From contig NMRA01000231.1 in assembly GCA_002633005.1 (NCBI GenBank), positions 86,351-150,350 on the forward strand: a stretch of DNA of 64,000 bases, in the 5' to 3' direction. Under the pieces are notes generated by a model. That model had not been told where the DNA came from. It was given only the letters and a program-made list of their open reading frames with translations, and searched no databases. The position numbers were made by a program, and so were the translations under genes. The DNA is from Phoronis australis. Its lineage: Eukaryota; Animalia; Phoronida. Positions 51,201 to 61,005 of the stretch are shown piece by piece (the first letter of the stretch is position 1; each line of letters opens with the position of its first letter).

Positions 51201-51594
51201 GAACACCACCCAACCGCTCGTGATTAACGTCGGCGAGCCTTGAAAAAATTGTTACTTCCGATTCGCTTGCTTTAAGATAGGTCCAACTTTTGAACTGTCC
51301 ACAGGCGTAGCTGTAAAAGTCGTCGCAAGGTTTTGCAGATGTGTTCAGGCTGAGAAGAACATAAGAGGAGGCTTCCAGACATCCCTTTGTTACGCACGTC
51401 TTCTTGCCTGCTGAGACACCGAGAACTATTGCAAGTACGATCACAGTTATAAACAACACGACAGTTACGACCGCTAAAAGAATCTCTCGGAATTTAAATG
51501 TTTGATTTTTAAAAGTGATTCCAATGTTTGGCCAAGCAGAATTTTCAAACTCCTTGTACGGTTCAGACATAATGTCCTTTTTGTCGTCAGCCAT
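39285..51594 (-). CDS. M13 family (neprilysin/ECE-like) type II membrane protein, paralogue B; 12 coding exons: 51594-51079, 48547-48380, 47352-47293, 46863-46720, 45865-45779, 45480-45344, 44520-44199, 43492-43424, 42520-42238, 41569-41424, 40790-40549, 39384-39285 (~757 aa)
   Basis: TM helix (ILLAVVTVVLFITVIVLAIVLGV). Motifs PCDDFYSYACG, NNYLMWR, PAGMLQFP, NFGSMGVVMSHELVHSID, EAIAETYG, EFQKAFNC. Exon sizes 60, 87, 322, 283, 146 and 100 nt are identical to paralogue A; 2274 nt. Confidence 0.92.
40140..40184 (-). ncRNA. Minimal type I hammerhead ribozyme-like motif with a G5C core substitution (Penelope/retrozyme-like remnant)
   Basis: Minus strand: GCUCAC-CUCAGGA-U-GGUUGG-AGUCG-CCGACU-GAAAC-GUC-GUGGGC. 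Stem I is GCUCAC/GUGGGC, stem II is GGUUGG/CCGACU, and stem III is the minimal GAAACGUC. Confidence 0.55.
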
Positions 51595-54500
51595 TTGCAG
51601 GTTGTCCTGATCCTTCAGCGGCGACCCAGCGACTGAGTAAATTAGGGGGCGTGCTACCTTAATTATCACCCACTCTAGGTGGTGGGAAAACTCTCTAGAT
51701 TAAACTCAGAGCACGCAAAGCCATAAATATTCATCTAGGCCCGTACGTGATAAAGAAAAGAAAGATCGAATTATAAGACTCCGTTATTGTTGTATTGAGA
51801 ATTTAAACGATATACGTACCGTAATAGTAAATAGTGTACTATATGTAGGCCTAGTTGGCAAGAAATTTACTATTGAGCGCCTAATTGATGTTGGAACATT
51901 TTTTAATTACATGTAGCCAGTATTCGTCTTACAAGTATTTGTGTCATCGTAACGAAAATGGAAACAATGTTAATTCTACAGACATAATAGACCTACATTG
52001 CTTTTTAAGGATGTCTACATCAGTAGAGACATGAATTGTAGACTAATTTATCGAGTATGAACAGAGGAATTCATTCGCTGAACGAAGTTACTTTGGGTGT
52101 AATCATAGGGTATTCTGATGAACGAGGTAGTATGGGAGTTGCCGCTCACGGTCGTTTTCCCGTGCAAAAGAACGGCCCTTTACTGAATTTTTTTTTACGA
52201 CACAGTACAACTCATTAAGCCGTTTCAGACTCATAATATGATCAAAAACAGTTTTCGGTGAATCTTTCAGAATTAGTTGAGTGATATGGAATTAACCCCT
52301 GCACTATTAAATAGACATACATGTACGGTACTCGGCGAGAGAAGTGGGTAACTACAGCCACAGTGTGGAATGGAATAGAACCTGACACCCCCTCGGGCCG
52401 CGCGGGCCTAACGCTCTGCCGGCGAGCAAACCACAAGTGTCTTGTCAAAACGCGGCCAAAAAAAAAACGAAAGCCGGATTACAAATTTTACTGTCATAAA
52501 ATCGGTCTCATAATATTCATAACCGTGATAGGATTTCATTTTCGTAACCAATTCAAGCCACTGGCAATCGGGGTACACGCGCCATTTTCGAATTAGCAGT
52601 TAGGGTTGGCTAACCCCAATAACCCGAGGAGCATTTTCTTGATTCGCTGATGGTTTCGATGTTATTGTTGGTAACGCTAATCAGAGTCCAAACATGAAGC
52701 ACAGAGGCGGTTACCCCGTGTGATTCTTTGGGAAAGGCTCGTTTCGTCTCCTATTAATTAGTAGCTATAACTCACCCGAAATTGAAATGTATAAAAACAT
52801 TCTCCTTGGCCGGTTTTACTTAAGTGTTCTGCACACATGCTAATGGGTCCTAAATATACGCATTTGCGTAGTATTACGTATTAGAGACTCCAACCAGGGT
52901 GTCATTGTAATGCCCACTAATGAGGTTCTCAACAAAATGACGAATTTCCCATCGCCACTGTAAATTCAAATTTTAAGTTTTTAGTATGGCCGTCGGTAGC
53001 CGAGCGGAACACGATAGCGCGCCAAATCAGTTAATGCCGGCAAAAGCCATAAAAGTGTTTCAGAAATGTCCGCTTTTTGCCCAGTAGATTTTCTTTCAAT
53101 CCATGGCCCAAGTTGAACGGTTACCGATAGCCGTAGCTCATGCAACCTACAACTGTGAAGGTCAGTTCATGTCCCTATTTTAAAATATTCATTGAACTTT
53201 TAAAACAAAGTTGTGAGCCAATTCCTTATGAAATGGAATTCAAGTTACTTTAGTTTGAAATAAACCGTTAATTATTCTGTAGATAACAGGTAGAAAGCTG
53301 CACTATCGATGTCGTAAATATAGATAAAGAATTTTACAACGCACTTTCCCGACCACTTAGTACCAGATAGCACATACCTCGTACAGATACTCAAATTTTT
53401 GATTTGCCCGATGCTTTATTGTTCTGTTGAGTACATGTAGTAATTCAGTACAGGAGACGGACTGCTCCCCTAAATTACACAAACACACGCACACCGAATG
53501 CTCCATAACCAGTGGCAGATTCCTTATCCGCTCATCGAACTGGTATCCACGGACTGATCCGTGAGAGTGGTGTTTAGTCACCGTTACAGCCGTATAGGGG
53601 GCGTTGCATTTGCTAGCACGTTTGTTTAAAATAAGGATTTTGGTGTTCGGTGGTCCAGGACGATTAATTGGAGAATCGTGAGCACGACAAATCGAACTGT
53701 GCACGAAAGGAAATCTAACTCTAAACAGAATAAGTCTATGAGTATCTGAAAATGGCGCAGCTATCATAAAATGAAAAATGACGACTTCACGTGCGTGTTA
53801 GCTATGGTTCAGGGGTAAGACTAGAAGTTTTGGTTAGGGCGGAGGCGACGAAGGTAATTTGCCACTAGCAAGTTGCCTAAAATCCTTTAAAACCTCGAGT
53901 GTCTAGATTAGAGGAGGAAGTGCAAGCACACTTGTTTTTTCGGGAATGTTCACCATTTGTTAAAGGTATCCTGAACATTTCCAGTCGATTTCTATAAAAG
54001 TGGACTTAATAAAATAGCAGATCCTCATATCGGAAGTTCAAACCTGAATTGCCCCCTAAACAGATACAAGCTAAATCCACTCAATTTTTTCCACAACGCT
54101 CTGTTCGTTATAAGACAACTGCACAGCGAGATCAAATTTTAAAAACGGCTGTACAGTATCAGTGGCAGGTTCATTCGATACGTTACGATACGTTGTTAAG
54201 CAAGCCCAAGAGTTGAGTGAAGTCAGCGCTCTGTTTGCTCACTCGCCGCTTCATAGTTTTAGGGGACGAGGGCGTCTTGCCCCACCCTGCTCTGCAAAAT
54301 ACAACAACCCACGACATGTTTTTTCGAAAGTAGTCACGCTAGCGGTAGTTTCACGGTGTTCGCTTTGAAATTCCGTTGATTTTTTATACTTCCTCTGGAC
54401 GGGTTCGGTTGCTGTGGATTTGGATGCGTTTTAGAAACCTATCTGTTGCATGGTTTATTTGTTACTAAGCAACGCTTTTGAATCTGTCCTCGCAACACTG

Positions 54501-56497
54501 GGGAATTTTCTGCACGGCCCAGCCGAATGAAGTTGCATTACGTAAATACAAACCAAATCTTCAATCAAATTGGTGTGTTTGCTGTTTCCCCGGCACTGAA
54601 TAAATTCTCGTCCTAATGAACACGGCTTTAGAAAAGTAAGTTGGTAAGGTCAGGGTAACACGGGGCAGCAGATACAGTAGCTACATTAGATAACTCAGTC
54701 AACTCATATAATACAGTGTATTCACAAGTATTAGCAACAATATGACAGAATACATGACTTGCATAGAATAGCCACCGACAAATGTACGAAATTAGGGCAA
54801 CATTTAACATGGTGGACAAGTAGTATTTTATATTCTCATTTTCCATAAAAGGTATGTAGCATTTTAATTAATATTTTCCCACACTGAGGTTGTGTACCAC
54901 AGCTACCAGACAGTGTTTTAAACACACAAAAATGGAAAAGAGGAACTTTTGCAGTTATGTTGGTCTACAACGTATACAACCTTTCACCTAGGAACAGCAG
55001 TCTGTATACCAGGTTTGAAGGTATTTTACATTTTAGACAATGTGGATGAAACTGTTAAAAAGTTCATAGGCCTTCAGGACTTGATTTCATTACAAAAGAT
55101 CCCAAGCTATGTACCTAAGGACAAAATTCTTTGTTCAGTCACAAGTCAAGTGATTTGAGGGACTTAATCAAGCTATCTGAATAGCTATTGGTTGCAGTTC
55201 CTACTGGGATTCTTTTGAAAATGCAAGTTAAGATATCACCCTGCAGAGGCACAGATCCTGCACTTCCTTTCACAAAAACATTGTGCCTTGGATAAAGCTG
55301 GGGTTACACAGGAACCTAAACATGTCTAAATTGGGCCAACGTCCGAACTGGGTAATTGGACTCGTGTGAAACTTTCCGATAACTATGCCTTATGAAATGT
55401 ATTTCCAAAACGCCAGATAATGCAGAGAACCCACCATATGCCAGCATACATTTTGCAAGGCACTGAAATGATTTCTGAAGACAACAAGCGCAAAAGTTGA
55501 AAAAGAGGAAAAAAGACATGACAGTTGTGTGCGATTTTGAATCATGTACTTTACAGTGATAGACAACAGAAAGTCCAACAGGAACGAAGTTGTCCTGACA
55601 GTGGAGATGTTAGGTTTTTATGAAAACTGATGAGTGGCTCCCCTGTACCTGTCCCCTTTCCCTCCCTCTCTGACTCAACACAATCAATCAACAAAAATCC
55701 CAAGTTTAAACAAGTGACTAGTTCATTCTCTTGTACAATAATTTACGTCAGATTCCTTAAGGTCTTATATCAATATGCAATACAACTACAAAACAATAGT
55801 ATTCACACAAATAAGCCATTCCTGGTCATCATGGCTAATTTTGTTAACAGCAAAAATGTCAGGTAATAAATTGGGGCACAACTGAAACTGCAGAATAGCT
55901 TAGTTACCTCAATGACTTTCTTGTTAATTTCCATTTCTTCTCAGTCAGAAGGGAAGACCTCTCTGGCAACAAATTTGGCTTCCACCAAGCCACCATGAAG
56001 GGGAATTGTGTGTCATTTTGTCTGAAAACTTTTGGCTTATATTGTAACTCCAGTACTAGAGAAGTGTCAACAAAAACTGCGAGGTTAGTTGAATTTCAGA
56101 CTGGCTACAACAGTTAACCGACAGGGAAGTTATTGCAGTTTGATGTTTTAGTAATTAAAGTTATTGCAAGATGATGGCCCAAAAACGTTATGCAAAATGT
56201 ATTTTTTAACTTTGAAGAACCTTACATGAGGTTGGATAAGAAGCAAATGAAGTGCTTACAGTAATTACAGTAATTTCATTGAGAACCCCCCCCTCCTTTT
56301 GGGCCAAATCACCACAATTATATAATATAAGCTGTCCAATCACACGATCCCCTTCCTGGAGCAATTCACACACACCATCCAATGTAGCATATGTGAACAT
56401 AATGTGTACATATGGTCTATTTCAAAAACATGCACCAAAGATTAAAATAAATAATTGTATGAACTAACAGAATCATACCAAACATTTTGCTAGCATG

Positions 56498-59400
56498 CTA
56501 TTTACTGGTGACTGCACTATGTATTTCACTCTGCATCCCGCCAATCAATCCAGGAAGCTGAATCTTCTCAGTCTTTTGAGGACTTGTCTTGTTGAATGGA
56601 CAAACTTTCAAATGCTCCGAAATAGGATTATGTCCAGTGAAGTGCCACCTGTTGACAGGGGTGAAGGCCGAGGAAAAGAACCACCTCTGAAATGAGATGC
56701 TCAGTTTTATTTGTGGTGCCAAACTGAACAGTTCCTGTTCATTATTAGCATGTTCAAGTTGGCTACACTGTTGCATGTTTTTTTTTAATATCGAAGTGCA
56801 ATGAATGAATGATTTTTAGTAACTAAAATTTTGCCACTTTCATACAGTAGACATAAGTAGCATGACTCATAGTTTGTACACTTGATATTCAGAGCCTCAA
56901 TTGGATACATGGACGCCAAGGCAAGCTTTCAAACTAAACTGGGCAGTGTCGAAATTTTAGGTGTGCAAAACAGCGACTAAACAATCCTTTGAATTCTGTC
57001 ACAATCTTTTTTAAAAAAAAACAGTTGCAGGCGGTCTGATACATGCTGTACCAGACATGCGCAGGCCTCGTATTTTGGCCCATTGCACTGATCACCTGGA
57101 ACTATTTCATGCTTTATTGATATATGGTTAAAACCGAGCTGAGGAGCTAGATATCTAGCTCAAGGGTTTAGCAGTATGTTCTGGTGGGACTCGAACCCAC
57201 AATCTCGAGTAAAGAAAACGGGCACTTATCAACCAGGCCACACTGCCTCCTGTCACTATCTTGGCAAGTGCGGAACCATGCACTTAGTAGAAATTGGGAC
57301 AACTAGCCTTGCAAGTCCTTGTGCAAATCAACAACTATCGGCTAGGTACAATGATGTCACATTAAACTCTGACTAGGGTAAAGTTCAACAAGATTACCTT
57401 TTTATTGCCACAAATGTTTGACTTAATTGCCATATTATTGTGGCAAGAAATATACACGTCTAACTTTGACAGAGTCTGACAGAATTGGAAGTCTGTTCCG
57501 TTTATTTTGAAACTACTGTTTCAGTAGAAAGCCTGGTCATTTTCCACATTCCACTTTAAGCCCTTTCATACTGACTTAACTCCGGTCTGAGGGGAGCGTC
57601 GATGTAAACAGCGCAGCTAACTGGACCATTCATACTGGCTTCCGTAGTTAATGAACATCGAAGTAAGCGGTTGTGTGCCGCTGTCGTCATCGAAGTTATC
57701 GCAAGGTAGCGTTGGACGCTAAGATTTTTTTCAATGTTTCAATTTGGAAATATTTACATGTGCTAAGTGACATTAAACTTATTTTTAAATTGATTGGTTA
57801 CTATTAGAGCAAAATATAAGCACCTATTAGTGACGGTACTACCTTGTAACTGTTGACGATAACAGTGGCACCTGGCGATAACTTCGATTGGACTGGAGTT
57901 AAGCGTTCATACTGCACCGCGGCGTCTATGCTGCGGTCTCAAATCCACCTGTTAACTGCGATCCAGGACCGGAGTTAAGCGTTCATACTGACCGCAACTA
58001 CTCAAACCATCGACTCGTCGACGTTAGTATGAAAGGCCTTTTTCACAAATACCCGGTAAGTGTAAAATTCTATAGTGTGTTAGACATGACTAAAAAGAAT
58101 AATGTTTTCCAGTCATTCATTTTTTGTATTTGCAAATAGCCTGATTTTTCCTATAAATTTGTTTTTGTCAAAAATGAAGTCACTGCTCTAAAAAATTGAA
58201 CATTTTTCTGGGGTCTCACGTAATTTTACATCTGAGTCAGCTATGGAGATTTGCCAAGTGACATGCTGATTCTCACTAACCCCTGCTCCACATCTGACCA
58301 TTCACTAACCTTGTAAGAGATCTCCCACATAGGTTTGACACTGTCAGGGTTCTTCTCCCACTGAAGTATGACCAACCCTCTCTCCTCTAGCAGACTACAG
58401 CAAACTTCTCGCATCTTCCTGCATGTTACGGAGAGATGACGGATACTGAATGCGTCTAAACAACGAGCAATTTCTTGCAATATCTCAAACGGCAATGCTA
58501 GTATGCCTTGATAGTCAGTATACAAAAAATCCATTTTCTCACAGTCGGACGTTTCAGTTAGATCACAACTGGCATTCGATTCGATGGCTAAGTTTTCATT
58601 CGGTACAGGCGTACTAACTCCAAAGCTTTCATTGACTACACTGTGAACGAGCTCAAAGCCTTGATCATTTGGACAGAATCTGCGGAAGGAATACGTGCAA
58701 CCGGCATTTGCCAGCGGACAACGATCTTGCATCCAACCATTAACGCCGGGATGGATATCACTGTGTATATTCTTCATATGCGAGCAGTACTCATCCCGGC
58801 GGAAGCCCTGTGCACACAAAAACGTATACATTGACTTGGGCTTAGTTTGATACCGGGGCACTGACTCAACTGTTAGATCCAAGCTGAGACGAGTAACATT
58901 TGGAGCAGGCGGAGGACTGGGAGGCCTAGGAGTTATATCCTCTGCCAGAGTTTCAACGTCCTTTTCTACTGAATCTCCACCAGCAGTATCGAGAGCACTT
59001 TCAGGCAGCACTTCCAACTGATGTGAACTCTGTGGTTCTGTAAATAGTTTATCACATATACTCTTCTGTAAACCAGGCGGATGCTTATAAAGTTCCCATG
59101 GTGCATCACTGCCATCATCTGAAATGGTGGCAGACGTATCGCTAGAAATGCTCTTCTCCTTAAAGGATGACGACTGAGCAAAAGGCATGGCAGGATATCG
59201 TCGTGTGAGGCTGTTGCGTAGAGCTCGGTGAACTTTCCGAGGCAGCTTCAGAGATTCATTGAGCATTCGTTGGTCCCGGAGTGCAAGGGCAACATCCAGC
59301 TGCTGTTGGTCGTTCTGTTCTCTCGAAGAAATTGTTCTCAAACCGTCGCGGTGAGGTCGCTCTCGAGAAAACGATGGCCAGCGATTCCACTCCATCGTAC

Positions 59401-59683
59401 AGAAGACCACACTAGCCGGGCACTTCTCTAAGTGTTTGCCGAGTTTTGATCGAGGCAAAATGATGGGACAGCCAAGTGAATGATTCACACAACGCACTTT
59501 TGCATTGGGACAAACCATCGAGTGGTCCAGCTGTTTGCAACCATGGAAACGTGCACCGCACTCCTCACGACAGTCCATCATCTCGCAGCAGTCTGTGTTG
59601 TCAACGAACGTAGTACAGTTCCGTCGGAAGCATGTCTTACAATGGTAATGTATTGACACGTCCAGCACGCAGCCATCGGCCAT
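56498..59683 (-). CDS. FBXO30: F-box only protein 30/40-like (N-terminal Cys/His-rich TRAF-type zinc finger region, C-terminal F-box); coding exons 59683-58310 and 56686-56498 (~520 aa)
   Basis: Motifs HCKTCFRRNC, CGARFHGCKQLDHSMVCP, CPASVVFCTMEWNRWP, LDVALALRDQRML, MYTFLCAQGFRRDEY..H..IH and F-box LALPFEILQEIARCLD. Phase-0 splice AAG|GTTAGT...TTTCAG|AGG joins to RWFFSSAFTPVNRW..HLKVCPFN. I cannot separate FBXO30 from FBXO40 orthology. Confidence 0.87.
57131..57247 (-). mobile_element. tRNA-headed SINE fragment in the FBXO30/40-like intron
   Basis: Minus strand GGCAGTGTGGCCTGGTTGATAAG (A box) ... GGTTCGAGTCCC (B box), followed by CCCTTGAGCTAGATA, which resembles a CORE-like SINE body. Confidence 0.6.
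57560..58038. mobile_element. MITE (Harbinger-like ends) in the FBXO30/40-like intron
   Basis: GCCCTTTCATACTGAC ... GTTAGTATGAAAGGCC; internal GGAC(C/T)GGAGTTAAGCGTTCATACTG twice (~57890, ~57966) and inverted once (TTAACTCCGGTC ~57576). Confidence 0.75.
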
Positions 59684-60781
59684 CTTGCCATACTGAAATT
59701 GAAAGATGCCCCAATCAAGAAGTGTCTCTACAAAGACAGGAATGCATGATAAGCAACATGCAGGAAACATCTGATAATATTAATCGATTGCTGGGAACTG
59801 TGAAATCTCACCAATTTTGGACAAAAATTGAGTTTTTTTCAAAGCTTTCTAGCATTGTTAGGAATGCCCAGTTTCTTAAACTTAGTCTGACAGTAGCTAA
59901 GGTGTAGACCTTTAAAATGTTCAATTATTTAGTTGGTGCTAATTCTTTCGTGAAAAAAATGAAGAAATAAAATTTTACTTATCAATCTTATTGTACCCTA
60001 AATTGGTGAGATTTTACAGCATTCATATCGATCTCAAATTAAACTCCAAATCACAGCACCACAGTGTATCACAAGACAGGAAACACGAGATAGACAAGAG
60101 AAATTGTATCTTTCCGTTTTCGCATAAAACTTAAGTAACACAGACTTAATGCACAAATTTCAAGTTTATTGCCATAGCTACCATCACATGACGCTAAACT
60201 GTGGGTATTCACAACAATTTTTGAGGTAGCTGAGATTATACCATAGTATTTATTGAATGGTAGATTAACAGAACTTTTATTAAAAAGCTTCTGTAGTGAA
60301 ATTGGTTTGAACAAAAATACATAAAAACATGTATGGTGCATGAATGATATAGGCAGGGCATGGGAAAAATACACACAAATTGTACACAAATTTACTGTAA
60401 ACCAGCGCTATGATATGGTATGAATATGAATTATTACACTACAGTCTTTTTGCACTCCATATGTTTTTTGAGATAAACATAATTTATTAATTCATCCAAC
60501 AAAAATACATGTACAGAAACATAAATTCTAACCACTAGAATTACATCAAACAAATTAAAACACTATCCAACCCTATAAAAACTAATTACTATGCAAAAAC
60601 AATACCATCTTGCGTCGAATCTATCAGGTGCCAATTTATGATAATAAATAATTTTTCCAGGTTGTGGTAATCACAAATCTCCCATCTCACTGAAATTTGG
60701 GCTCACCGTTTTGCAATCTTTGACTCTAGAAATGAAATTTCTCAAAGTAACTTAAATTTACAACTTCACACGCCATCTGTT

Positions 60782-61005
60782 GGTCACATCATGTGTTCTA
60801 TAGAGATTAGAGAAGTCTGATAAGATCTCTTCCCCAACTTTGGGTTAGATGTCTCCCATTAAGTCTAACTGGACTTCTGTAATTGACCTTGGACCATACA
60901 GTTCATGGCACTAAAGCATATCCACTGACAACAGAAAGTCCTGGGTTTGAGCTCCGGTAGGAACAGAGATCCTTTCAGACTTCACTCTGGGTCACGTGAA
61001 GTGTT
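60782..61005. repeat. Small repeat unit: direct repeats enclosing 19-bp inverted repeats enclosing a decayed tRNA-like sequence
   Basis: GAAGTCTGATAAGATCTCT (60812) versus AGAGATCCTTTCAGACTTC (60965); GGTCACATCATGTGTT versus GGTCACGTGAAGTGTT; B-box-like GGTTTGAGCTCC. Confidence 0.4.
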
